Numbered from the whole stretch's first letter, positions 11,011 to 22,656 are shown. The stretch is DNA of 60,999 nt, filler included, from Globobulimina sp. (GCA_003354225.1; 17 parts of 17 records of this genome joined end to end with filler, not necessarily neighbours in it), one strand, 5' to 3'. The notes: generated from the letters alone by a model not told the origin. Numbers and translations are program-made.

Positions 11011-12189
11011 TCAAAGAGAAATGGTTCCCGATCCATCCAATCCATTCAATTCAGTTATTTCCGCAGTACTATCAACGATGACTTGTGTATTATTCTCACT
11101 TTTATCTCTTTTTATATTCATTATAATGGCACCAAGCAACACACAAATAACACCAATTATTTTTAAGGCAGATAATGTATTTTCTGCCACATCGATTCCA
11201 AACGCACCAACAACATCATAAAGCAAAGAAATTAGCAACGATCCAAAAATGGAACAAATATACGTAGTGACAAAAGCAATATGCGATAAACAAATGATAT
11301 ACATACACACTATAAATGCACCGCCAACACCTCCAAAAAACATATACCACACAAAATATTCAGCACTAACCAGAAACCAATCATCTTTAATAATGTATAC
11401 AATAATATTCATCATCAAGGCTAAAATTGTTGCATTTATAAATAACAAAAAAGCAGCTTGATATGTGGTGCCATCAATCATTGTTTTGAGTCTCCGATTC
11501 AATGCAGATAGCAAAGTAAAACACGTTCCTGCAAATATGGAGATTATCGCATAAACGAATAATAATATATTGATGGCATTATTGTCATTGTTTATTATTT
11601 CTCGGATTTGGAATATGATAACTCCGATAATAGCAATTATGCAACCAAATATATTTAATAATGATAGTTTTTTTTCCATATTCCATACCAATCCAAAATG
11701 ATCGATAAACATTGATGATATAATTTGTCCCATAACAATGCAGATTGCATACAGACCAAAACCAATCTGTGGTGCAATGTATATCGCAGTACATATCCAA
11801 ATTATTCCGCAAGAGCCGTTTGCAAACACAAAATAGTTTTTTTTATCTTTTTTTAATGCAGCGGATAAGTTTGCAAATGTGGTGCGCAGTGAATTCGTTT
11901 GACTCTTATTTTCCGCATTTTTTGCTTTACAAAGGATAAATAATGGGAATAAGACCGTTGCGCCAACCAGAAATTGAATAAATGCTGAACGTAGCGGGTG
12001 TTTTGTCCAATGAGTTAAGGATATGTTGATTCCGCTTTGTGTTACTTGGACAATACCGATAATTATTGCATTCATCATAGCTAAAGAAATACATATTTTG
12101 CTTGTTGAATGTCTAGGTTTCACGGTCTTGTGTCTGGGTTGCATTAGGAATGTTTTATGCGAAGTTTTCAATTTTGCTGCTACAAACAT
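11011..12189 (-). CDS. DMT-superfamily transporter with two fused YdcZ (DUF606)-like halves
   Basis: Repeated pattern GIVQVTQSGIN / AGTCFTLLSALN, GxxG helix (NGSCG / GGVGG), PQIGFG...MGQIISSMFIDHFG / SHIAFV...FGSLLISLLYDVVG; about 10 TM segments; intronless. Confidence 0.8.
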   Translation of the reverse strand: MFVAAKLKTSHKTFLMQPRHKTVKPRHSTSKICISLAMMNAIIIGIVQVTQSGINISLTHWTKHPLRSAFIQFLVGATVLFPLFILCKAKNAENKSQTNSLRTTFANLSAALKKDKKNYFVFANGSCGIIWICTAIYIAPQIGFGLYAICIVMGQIISSMFIDHFGLVWNMEKKLSLLNIFGCIIAIIGVIIFQIREIINNDNNAINILLFVYAIISIFAGTCFTLLSALNRRLKTMIDGTTYQAAFLLFINATILALMMNIIVYIIKDDWFLVSAEYFVWYMFFGGVGGAFIVCMYIICLSHIAFVTTYICSIFGSLLISLLYDVVGAFGIDVAENTLSALKIIGVICVLLGAIIMNIKRDKSENNTQVIVDSTAEITELNGLDGSGTISL

Positions 12190-12430
12190 CAAAATGCGTC
12201 ATAATCAAACAACAGAAGATAGTCAAGAGACGAAGTTAAATAACAATAAGAATGGCTGTAAATTCTTGCTCAATTTGCCGAATCTGAATTTACCCAACGA
12301 ATTACATCAATATTGGATTCAATTCCAGAAACGAGTAATCTGTAAAAACCAACAGATAAAACATAAATATGCTGTGGAAAATGCCTGCAATACATTAATA
12401 TTTAACAATAGTCATCATATAACATTGCTG

Positions 12431-14042
12431 ATGTCTGAAAAACTCAATCAGTACAGAATAAGCACAGCATTTTGTCGCTCAATCATTGAAGATGTAATTA
12501 ACATTTATAAGAATTATTGTATCCGAATTGAATTTAAATGGAAACTGAATAAATGGTATTCATTATTACTCAAAATCGAAGGCACATTCAGAAGCTGTGG
12601 CAAACAATATTCGTCAACTTCAAGCAATGTAGAAGTAGAAACATATACTAATCGAACACAAAACTCTGTCATCATTGTCATTTTCAACACAAAACCCGAC
12701 ATTCAGTCCATTATAAACTCAGGTTTCAGCAACACAAAGTTAATGGAAACGATAATTATTCGTTTCATTGACGCATTCTGCTCACGGCGTTTCCCACAAG
12801 AGATAACATTGCTTGTTTTTGCGTATACAGAGGATATAAACTCATACAGTTTTGATGATTCAGATGAGATCAAAAACTTAGGCGAAGGAAGTTACATTGG
12901 CTATGATATGGAAAAATATCAACTGCGCAGAGCACAATTAGTAAATGATATGACTGAAGAAACCATGAAAGCAGAAATAATGCTGCCAGGTGTATCCGTA
13001 GTGTATTATTCATTGTTAATGATTTATTCGGATTGGCTTCATCAATATGAGGATGTGGCAGGATTCCTAACAGACAATGCATTATATTGTGCCTGGAACA
13101 CTCAAAATTATGCAATCTGGCAACAGTTTAAATGTAGATCAAAGATTGATGAGTTGGTAGATTATGACACAGCGATTAATCAAGAAATAGCTCTGCAAAT
13201 AGCGTCAAATCTGACAGATATTGGACAAATATGGGGCAGGATTGTAGCGGCTTTGATTGGATTGACAAAAAAAAGTATTATTGTCAATATATTATTTTAT
13301 CGTGGAACTATACCATCTGTGATGTGGTTGTTTGGACTGCCTACTGTGACCACAAGGGTTTCAAGTTGAGTTTGATTGCCATTTCGCAAACATTCCCGCA
13401 GTCTTTAATTGTAGAAAATGATTTTACTTTTTTTATACATCAGCTATATGGGAAATATATGCTGGGAAATGGCGTATGGGCGAAATTACACAACTTAGAT
13501 GGAATAAATATAGGCATGATTCAGTGAGTAATATTACTGATTCGAGCTGTCGAGTATTTGATTTGTCCATCTTTACAAGAATCAGGAAAGTGAATGAGGA
13601 TCGTTTTGAGCTGAAAGTTGCAGATAATAACAATTCATTGTATCATGAAAGCGTTCAGTTTGAATCAAGTTGTAATGATGTACGGAATGAATGGATTGAG
13701 CATTTTGTTGCATTGGGTGCATGTATGGATGAGATAGAATGCGAAGAATACCAATTGGACGAACAGCCAGATGGTTGCAATTGTAGCTTTTCGTTTGGTG
13801 CTGAGCTCGAGATTAGGTTACCTGCATCGTGGACTGTACTGTTTACAGATGATGGAATTGTATATTATTATAATGAAATAACTGGTAAAAGTCAATGGGA
13901 AATAACTGGTAAAAGTCAATGGTATTTGCCTTTGAATATAGATGGTATTTGGCAATCTGCTATAAACTATTTGCTTATATCAACAAGATGGAGGTCAGCT
14001 GCCTCAGCAATCACAAAATACAAAGTAATGTCGCATTTATAA
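12431..14042 (+). pseudogene. Frameshifted gene ending in a PH-like domain and a WW domain
   Basis: Three overlapping ORFs in successive frames (ending 13369; 13231-13527; 13476-14042) with no intron-like gap. WW: LPASWTVLFTDDGIVYYYNEITGKSQWE. PH-like end: VQFESSCNDVRNEWIEHF. Confidence 0.5.
13875..13922 (+). repeat. Perfect 24-bp tandem duplication at the end of the WW domain
   Basis: GAAATAACTGGTAAAAGTCAATGG x2 (EITGKSQW twice). Confidence 0.95.
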
Positions 14043-14387
14043 TGTTGCATTACACAGTTGTGAAGATTGGATGATTGCTTTTTTGATGCATAATTAGTGG
14101 TTATTTGTTTATTATTATTTTAGTGTAATAGTAGTTGAACAAATTATGCAATGACCAACTGCTGTTAAGGTAAAATTATGCAAGGAAACATGTTTGAAAA
14201 ATAGTTTTTAGTTTAATGATTTAACGGGACGAGTCCCAACGATTGGATGAAAAACTAAACTCTGAATGATTGGTTTATTATAAAATANNNNNNNNNNNNN
14301 NNNNNNNNNNNNNNNNNNNNNNNNNNNNNNNTTAATTAATTAANNNNNNNNNNNNNNNNNNNNNNNNNNNNNNNNNNNNNNNNNNNN

Positions 14388-15565
14388 AATTTGAGTGTCA
14401 AATAAATGAATTACAGAATATTTATGCCGATAATTGTCTGAATCAAAGATTAGTATCAAGAACCCCTTTATTATCAATATCAAAGTGCATTATTCCAGTA
14501 ATTACAAATTACAATAAATTAGAATCACTCAATTTACATTTTCCATCATGGAATGTTTTAGCCAATCAACAAATATTTAAATTACTTATTTTAAATCCAA
14601 ATTTAAAAAAATTATTGATTTGTTCTGTCATTAATATCAACGATATCGATTATGGCAAAATTATCACCAACAATAATAATAATAAATCATTACAGGAATT
14701 AGGTTTAAAATTAATTGTTGATTTTGAAGATCCTACAGCTAAATATCGTAAATTGGCAACATTTTATCTTTCAAATTTGTTTTCATGGTTTACAAATATT
14801 AATAGTTTTTCATTTGGAATTTTTTCATGTATGAATTGGCAAAATAAGTGGAGGGGAATTAATTTAAATATGGATTGGCAAAATATATTTGACAAATTAA
14901 TATTAGATAAAAATAAACATAATTTAAATGCGTTGATCTCATTAGAAATTACATATATTTCTCATAATGATGCAATGGATATTATTAAAGCATTAAAAAA
15001 TATAAAAGATGACAAACATATTAATTTAAAAAACTTTTCAATCAATGTAATGCATGACAGTTCAATGAAATTTGATGTTTTTATGAATGAACAGTTTGTT
15101 CCATTATTAAAATTATATAATAATAATTGTGATGATTTAAACGATTTATCTGTTTCTTATGGGAGTGGTGATGTGATTAATGATGGAGGATATACACTAT
15201 CGAGAGATTGGAAATTCCATACTCTGAAATCATGCACAATGAGTACTAGTAATTTATGTAACAAATATTATACAGCATTGGTACATTTATTATCGAGTAT
15301 ACCAAAAACTGTTAAAAGATTTAAAATAACTCTTCCGAATTTATCAAATCAGGGTTTCTGTTCGAATGAGTGGCAAAATCAATCAATGAATGTCAGTAAA
15401 ACATTATGTCAAAATGCAGTAAATAAAGATTCTAAATTGGAACAAATTCAATTAACAGATTTAAAATTACATAAAAAAGCAGAAGATTTTCTAATTTTTT
15501 GGTTTGGACATAATCGGAAATTGTTGCAAACAAAAAACACATTTTTTATATCTTTTATTGAGTGA
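14388..15565 (+). CDS. Leucine-rich-repeat-like (RNI-like) protein, 5'-truncated
   Basis: Recurring LxxLxL/I units (LESLNL, LKKLLI, LQELGL, LISLEI, LKNFSI, LNDLSV, VKRFKI, LEQIQL); frame is open upstream of 14615. Confidence 0.6.
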
Positions 15566-15748
15566 CACTTATTTTTTCATATTATTCTGATAATCTGATC
15601 CGTTCAAAACGGACCATTTATTATTTTCCTTCCACGGGATAAAAAAACATCTGAAGTTTTTTTATCAAGAATTTTATCATTTCATTTTCTACTAAGTACG
15701 TCTCCTTTTTGATACTTTAGACAAAATTCAGATTCAATCTGATTCATA

Positions 15749-17396
15749 ATGTATGGAACAAAAATTAGAAGAAGAGATCCTCCGAACCAGACCACTCTTT
15801 ATGTTGGAGATCTAGCAACATGCGTTACGCACGATACATTACTTGGGATATTCAGCAAGATTGGCGATGTTAAATCAGTGCATATCCAGGTTGACGCAAA
15901 CAACAAACCATTAGGATATGCATACATCAATTACATGAATAAAGTTGATGGTAAACTTTCCATTCTAAATTGAAACAATATCCCTATCCATATGATATAT
16001 ATAATTATATACACACTATACAGCTGAAGTTGCATTGAAAAAATTAAATTATAGCAATATATCTGGCAAACAATGTCGTATTATGTGGAAACAAAATAAC
16101 GAAGCAAGAAAAACTGGTAAAGGCAATATATTCGTAAAGAATATACATTTGTCAATTGATAATAAAACATTACATGACGCATTCTCGAAATATGGCAATA
16201 TCTTGTCATGTAAAGTAAAATGTGATGAAGTTACAAATCAATCCAAAGGATATGGCTACATTGCATTTGAACATGAATACGATGCTCAGACCGCTGTCAA
16301 ACAGGTTGCATTTTGTGTAGTGATAAAAAATATAATATATATAAATATAACATACATACAGATGAATGGGAAACTGTTACGTAATAAACGCATAAAAGTT
16401 GACTTATTTATACCGAAACAAGAAAGAATGGAAAATATTCAAAATATACCATTTACAAATGTTTATGTAAAATATATCCCATACACATGGAATAAAAATA
16501 AACTAATTTCAATATTCGAGCAATATACCAATGGTGAAATAACATCATCGACATATTCAAGTACTAAACGTGGCAGATACGCTTGTTTAAATTTTGCCAC
16601 ATGGCAACAGGCAAAAAAAGCTATAAAACTATTGAATAAGAAACAATTTCAAGATGTAAACAATTCAGTTACTTGTTTATATGTAGCACGAGCGCAGAAA
16701 AAGAAAGAGAGAGAATATATTTTAAAACGCAATTATTTTCAGCCAAAATTACATGTACAAAAAAGTGTGTATGGCAGAAATTTGTATATTAAAAATTTAG
16801 CAATGACGGTGGATAACCGCTCATTGTTTGACTTGTTTTGTAAGTTTGGTGCGATCGTATCATGCGCGGTGATGAGAGACAATGAAGGAAGGTCTAAAGG
16901 AGTTGGATTTGTTGAATTTGAAAGCAACGAATGTGCCGCCAGAGCGCAAAGTGGGTTATTTAATAAAATGTTTCATCGTCAGAGAATATCAATATTTATT
17001 GCGAAACCGCGTAGTTATAAACACGCATCATATACTCATGAAATATTTGAAAAACATCCATCGCATTCAAAACAAGTGATATCTGAAGAAAAAGATATGT
17101 TTGAGGTTGTTGAGGTTGTTGATAGTGAGAAAAAAGAGGAAGAAGAAGAAAAAAAAGAGGAGAATGTGGTAATAATTTGGTTGAGAGATGAAGTTGGACT
17201 GAAAGAGTATATTGGCATTTTTATGGAGAATGGATTTGATGACATAGAGATTGTAAAGGATATGACTGGAAATGATTTGGAGGACATTGGAATAAATAAA
17301 ATCGGACATCGACGAAGAATATTATCATATATTAAAGGTTTAAAAACAAATATAAATGATCAAAAAGAGGGATTAAATAATCATATTAATGTTTGA
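15749..17396 (+). CDS. Polyadenylate-binding protein (PABP)-like: four RRMs plus C-terminal SAM domain; introns 15951-16023, 16305-16361
   Basis: TLYVGDL...LGYAYIN; CRIMW...RKTGKGNIFVKNI...SKGYGYI; FTNVYVK...LYVARAQKKKERE; GRNLYIKNL...RSKGVGFV match PABP RRM1-4. WLRDEVGLKEYIGIFMENGFDD...DLEDIGINKIGHRRRIL is a SAM domain. Confidence 0.9.
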
Positions 17397-17790
17397 AAAT
17401 ATTATATTTTTATGGGATAAAATCCATTTATTTTTCATATTTGTCAGTATTTATCCATATATATTTTCCATTATTTATTTATTTTTTGGCCCAAATCAAC
17501 GCTGAGAAATAAATCCTGCCAATTTTATTTGTGTGTGAATTGTTTGTTTGTTTGTTTCTCCATGTTATTTATATACGAAACATGGAAGTTTAAAATTGCG
17601 CAGAATTACTCTTTTTTGCATATTTTGTGACGAGCAAATAACGCATATACTTTATTGAACTCAAAAACCAATATGACACTCTTGACATCAACGCAATAAA
17701 ACATTGTCATGCCGTAACGTTTAATAACTTTCCCCGCTATCATTCGCCACCAAGCCGTAAATGATACATTGTGGAATATTGCAATCATCA

Positions 17791-17826
17791 TTTTTTTTCT
17801 TCAAAACCTTAAGAAATCAATTAAAG
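17791..17826 (-). repeat. Second copy of the LINE 3'-terminal motif with poly(A)
   Basis: T8-CTTCAAAACCTTAAGAAATCAATTAAAG versus T11-CTTCAAAACACTAAGAAATCAATTAAAG at 19904-19942 (26/28 identical after the T-run). Confidence 0.8.
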
Positions 17827-17983
17827 GTCAAAAAACTCACGAAACAATTGACTCGTGCCAACTAACTTTTTCTTAGCTACTAANNNNNNNNNNNNNNNNN
17901 NNNNNNNNNNNNNNNNNNNNNNNNNNNTTAATTAATTAANNNNNNNNNNNNNNNNNNNNNNNNNNNNNNNNNNNNNNNNNNNN

Positions 17984-18593
17984 AAAGGCTAAGTTATATT
18001 TTTTAGTATTTTTGTTGCTCTTAAATGGAGTGCTTGGCGAGGAAATATTGTGTATGTCATTATTATTATTATTATTATATGGTTCTGAGTCGATATTTAG
18101 TGTTCTTATATGTTCGATTGCGTGTAAAATATTGCGATTTGAAGAAGGAAGTGGCGGTATTGAAGCTAAAGTAGATATCGTTGTATCTGGCAATCATGAA
18201 AAAAAAACACAATTTAAAGATTAGTCCACAGCAAAAACGCAATTGCAATATGGAAATGTTAGACTGTTGCTATGATTTTGTGGCTTTGGTTACATACTGA
18301 TTGGGTATGGCGAGGCGGGCTGAATGTCGTCGTCTTCGTTTTCGTCATCTTTCCTGTCCTGTATATATTTTATATGTGTGCTTTTGTTGTGTGTTTGAAT
18401 GTGCTTTAGAGAGGTTTTCATTTTTAACTTCTTCGTCATGCCCTGTTCCAGCAGGAGTTAGTCTGAGTCGTTCGACTTGTATAGTTCCATCAGATGGACG
18501 CGAGATGTCACTGAATCGCGGTGGTAGAGCTGTTGCACTTTGTATTGATGTCAAGTATAATGGTTGTTCGTTGTCTTGTTGTTCTTGGGCCAT
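17984..18593 (-). CDS. Low-complexity hypothetical protein N-terminus; introns 18428-18359 and 18297-18187; 3'-truncated
   Basis: Two GT-AG introns join three exons in frame (DEE|DRKDD...YPIN|TTIST). Confidence 0.55.
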
Positions 18594-18717
18594 ATTATTG
18601 GATTATATATATATTATAGTATTCTGTGTTCAGTGCTTTGTATGTAAATGCGACATGCTGTGAGAGTTGAGATTTGTGATAGTTTTTTGTTGTTAGTTAA
18701 AACTTTTTTTTTGAACA

Positions 18718-19836
18718 ATGACAACAAGTAATGCCACGATTGAGGAAGGATCGTGTACGATTGTCATCTTTTTCTTGTTGTTACCAGTGATGATATGCAT
18801 CATTAAAGACGTAATGCGTGATTTTAAATCATATAATCTCCGCAAAAAAGAGAAACAAACGAATTTTGCATTAAATTTAAATCTAGAGAACGATCTCGAT
18901 GCTGAGAGTGAATCATTATTAGCGAAATCAAAGAATTCAGATGATGATGAAAACGTAGATGACGATGACGATGAGACAAAAGCAGAGCGACTCATTATTA
19001 GGGAAAATGATATAACATCGTCGCCGAATTTATCAGTCACCTTAGTCGATTCAGAGAGGAATGTATTGGCACAGACAAAGACCCCAAACATGACTGACGA
19101 CACACAGTTATGTGCAAACAGTAAGATACCTGAACTGATATTATCACCCATCATGCCGGCGTATGGACAATGCATAAATGTGGGGATAAAACCAATGGAA
19201 TTAATGCTATGGTTGTTGTTTTTGACATTGTCATATATTGCATTGAGGACAATTGTCATTACCAAACAGATGAGATACAATTTTAAATATAACGCCGTTG
19301 AAATGCAAGATATATTTGAACTGTGTTTACGTGGCATAATAATGTATATATTTGGCAATATTGCACAGAGAGTTTGTTATAAATTTTTTTTATGGATTGG
19401 GTGGTTTGTGTTTTTTTATCCGTTTGTGTTTCAGATTTGTCCCACGAGTTTTACCATTGACACGGAAGTATCTATGGATTGGACGTTGATATCGATTTGC
19501 ATCTTTGTGGGGGTCAGCAATGTTTACATTGTATTGGATAATTTCTATCATGTGTGGAAGATCAAAAAATGGTGGATCTATGGGTACAGCAGTTTCTTTA
19601 TTGTGGTGTTGTATCATATTATCTTTATTAAATCTGCAAATAATAATATCGATATCCATATACATCATCATCACTGGGCATTTATATTATCCTTATTCTT
19701 GCATTCGAAAAAAGACTCTTCTGTTGTTATGCATGCACTGTTGACCTCTGTTTTTATTCATGGCATTACAGTCTTTGGCTGTGAGAATTTATTTGATTAT
19801 AAAAATTTAGAAGATGCTGAGCACATTGAAGTGTAA
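18718..19836 (+). CDS. Multi-pass membrane protein with His cluster (HIHIHHHHW...FIHG)
   Basis: 372-aa ORF with an N-terminal TM, an acidic loop and about 7 C-terminal TM segments with an HxHH-type motif. Confidence 0.7.
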   Translation: MTTSNATIEEGSCTIVIFFLLLPVMICIIKDVMRDFKSYNLRKKEKQTNFALNLNLENDLDAESESLLAKSKNSDDDENVDDDDDETKAERLIIRENDITSSPNLSVTLVDSERNVLAQTKTPNMTDDTQLCANSKIPELILSPIMPAYGQCINVGIKPMELMLWLLFLTLSYIALRTIVITKQMRYNFKYNAVEMQDIFELCLRGIIMYIFGNIAQRVCYKFFLWIGWFVFFYPFVFQICPTSFTIDTEVSMDWTLISICIFVGVSNVYIVLDNFYHVWKIKKWWIYGYSSFFIVVLYHIIFIKSANNNIDIHIHHHHWAFILSLFLHSKKDSSVVMHALLTSVFIHGITVFGCENLFDYKNLEDAEHIEV

Positions 19837-19903
19837 TTTGTTTTCATTTAAAATAGTAAGCTCATTTTGATATTTTGTGTGTTAGCATTCTTATATTTTG
19901 AAC

Positions 19904-21478
19904 TTTTTTTTTTTCTTCAAAACACTAAGAAATCAATTAAAGATTTCACCTAATACACAAGCAAGAAACACTAATAAAAGTATAAACAAAACAAGGATAC
20001 AGGCCCTTTTATTTGGGGGTGAAGCCAATGAACAAAGGTAAATAAAAATATTTGGAGCGAAATACAAAGTATTAAGCTTCCTTAATCCGATATGATCGGA
20101 GATAGGTTTACTAGGTCCACTTGGTATAAGTAATTGAATCTTTTTGTTTCTCTTGTGAATCGAAGGAGGTTTTTCCATATCTTTACTTGAGTCTCTATTT
20201 CTAACTCTCTCTCAATGTCTGGCGGTCTGCGGATAGTGTATGGATAGAGTAGTTCTTTCAAGCTATATCTATTTCCATTTCTGAATCCTATCCAGATATC
20301 ATGGAATGAGTCAACCATTCGTTTACGTTGTTGAACATAGGCTGGGCATTTAATGAAGAAATGGTATATCGATTCCTGTGAATTGGTATTACATTGATCG
20401 CAATTTGGTGAGGTTATATCTGTTTTGTCTGTATCTTTGTATTGATGTTTGAATAGAAACGCATTTAACTCTATATGCCCAGATATAATTCTATTCAACA
20501 ATGCCGCTTCGTCTATATTCAAGTATCTAATTATTTTATTAAGTTTATTGTGGAGAGTTGGATTGGATTGATACATTTTATAGCTATCTTGGTCTGGTTT
20601 TGTGTCTCTATTTAGCCAGGATTTGCTCCATTGGTATCGAATCTGTTTATGCATCTGTGTTATTGTAGTATTGTATGTTATTTCTGTATATAAATTTGGG
20701 TCATATTTTGCATGTTTAGCTGCAAAATTCGCCATTCGATCAACCTCATCATTATAAATGTTATTATTATGAGATTTGATTTTGATGAAAGAGATGAAAA
20801 TATTCGGTTTGCTTTGCTGTATTTGTAATAATTTTATGTATATATTTTCTATTAAAAGTTTAGTTTCATTGTATCTGGGATAATTTTGCCCGTTCACAAA
20901 CTGAAGGAGCGGCAGGTTGTCAATATAAATTTTATAATGAATGTGAGAATTGTTTTGTTTATTTATTATATAGTTTAGAATCATATGGACTGCCTCAGTT
21001 TCAGCGGTTGTTATTGTTATAGGGATTTTAAAATATATTATTTGTTTAAAAGGTAAGTGGTGTGATGGTAGGGGTGGTATATATATCGCAGCTCCTCCTT
21101 TCCCTGGATTTGGATCACATGATCCGTCGGTAAACGCGATGGTGATGTTATTATCAGATGGTTTTGAAGGGTCGGCCGGAGATATATTGACATTATAGTT
21201 TGTTGGCATTATTTTAAGATTATAGGCAGGGGAGGAGGTTACCTGTGTTTTGTTCATGTTATTCAAATCCTGGGTCAATGCTTTGATGTTTTTATTATTA
21301 TGGCAATATTTAGTGGCGATTATTAGAGAGTTTTTGTTCAGATTTATAAATTGGTTTGGATTGTTTTTATTGGCTTTTCTGTATTGGTGGGATTCAATGG
21401 TTTTTTTATATGTTATTAGCGCTTTATATGTTTTATTTAAAGGGTGGTAATTATTGTTATAATAGGCTCTGGCCAGTT
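19904..21478 (-). mobile_element. 3' part of a non-LTR retrotransposon (LINE): RNase H, Cys/His zinc-binding motif, 3' UTR and poly(A)
   Basis: Frame is open from contig end 21478 to stop at 20082. RNase HI residues FTDGS, AETEA, YIDN, IKSH...NDEVD; SGHIELNAFL...CDQC...ESIYHFFIKC C-terminal motif of APE-type LINEs; A11 tract about 170 nt after the stop. Confidence 0.88.
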
Positions 21479-21729
21479 NNNNNNNNNNNNNNNNNNNNNN
21501 NNNNNNNNNNNNNNNNNNNNNNTTAATTAATTAANNNNNNNNNNNNNNNNNNNNNNNNNNNNNNNNNNNNNNNNNNNNAAAAACACAAAAAGCGAACTCA
21601 ACAACAAAAAAGGGCACAAGAAGGAATGTCCAAAGATGAACTGTGACAAACTAAAATGCAACAAACATCATAAAATAAAATTGAGTGCAAGGATAAAATG
21701 CAACACCATAAATATATATAATATTTATC

Positions 21730-22656
21730 ATGTCAACAAACATCAGCGTGCAAGATATCGATCCTTCCATTTGGAGCAATGTAGCATCATTTTTACATCC
21801 GTTTGAACAATGTAGAATGTTGGTTTTATGTCGTTATTTACAACAATTAACAGTTCCTCAGCATAACTTTGTAAATGATATACAATGTTGGCAAGATAAT
21901 TTTCAATCATTTGCAGAATTTGGCTTTGCGGACATCAATGTCAAGGATAAAATAACAACATTAAGTATTGATAATGGATTATTCCAAACTCTTACAAACA
22001 AACAGTGTTTCTATTTATTATATTTTCTTAAATATCATTCAAAAATTGCTATATTATACCAACCAAAAGTCGAACAAGTATTAAATGAAGAAATTGATGA
22101 TTATGCTGGAGAATTTTATAAAGAAATTAAATTTCTATATTCATTGAACATTGGTGATAATAACAGCATAAATCCTTTCTTGTTTATTATAAAATATATT
22201 GAATCCATGACAATTGAATCGAGCGTATTAAAAGTAAAGAAATGTGCCTTATTAAAAGAAGTATATTTAAATGATAATAATTTAGACGATGAGTGTTTGT
22301 TATTATTTTGTGAAACAATCAAAAATAATTTGATGAAATGGGGTAATTTAAGGACATTAGATTTAAGTGATAATAAAAATATATCGGATAAATATATGCC
22401 ATTATTTTTGGAGAGTGTTGTTATGGATACATGCGATGGATTGGATTATTTAGGATTTGAATCCACATCGATTGGGGATGACACAATAGATTGTATTTAT
22501 GCCATTTGTGAAAAATATCCCAAAAAGGTGTGGATTAAACGTTTGAATATTCAGTTTAATGATAATGTAACAGAGAAAGGAGTGGAGAAACTTACAAGTG
22601 AAGGTTTTAAAGACAAGTTTCCTGAAATTGCGCAACAAATGAAAATTCAGATATAA
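21730..22656 (+). CDS. F-box-like N-terminus plus RNI-like LRR protein
   Basis: IDPSIWSNVASFLHPFEQCRMLVLCR; LRR units LYSLNIGDN, LKEVYLNDNNLDDEC, LRTLDLSDNKNISD, LDYLGFESTSIGD, IKRLNIQFNDNVTEKG. Confidence 0.8.
   Translation: MSTNISVQDIDPSIWSNVASFLHPFEQCRMLVLCRYLQQLTVPQHNFVNDIQCWQDNFQSFAEFGFADINVKDKITTLSIDNGLFQTLTNKQCFYLLYFLKYHSKIAILYQPKVEQVLNEEIDDYAGEFYKEIKFLYSLNIGDNNSINPFLFIIKYIESMTIESSVLKVKKCALLKEVYLNDNNLDDECLLLFCETIKNNLMKWGNLRTLDLSDNKNISDKYMPLFLESVVMDTCDGLDYLGFESTSIGDDTIDCIYAICEKYPKKVWIKRLNIQFNDNVTEKGVEKLTSEGFKDKFPEIAQQMKIQI

Noticed and set aside
12023-12430. N-terminal part of the 448-aa ORF overlapping the DMT gene antisense
   Set aside because: Most likely a shadow extension from a TTG start; a downstream ATG (12194 or 12431) is more plausible.
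17606-17791. 61-aa minus-strand ORF next to the poly(A) motif
   Set aside because: Its ATG is formed by the A-run junction and the peptide has no recognisable features.
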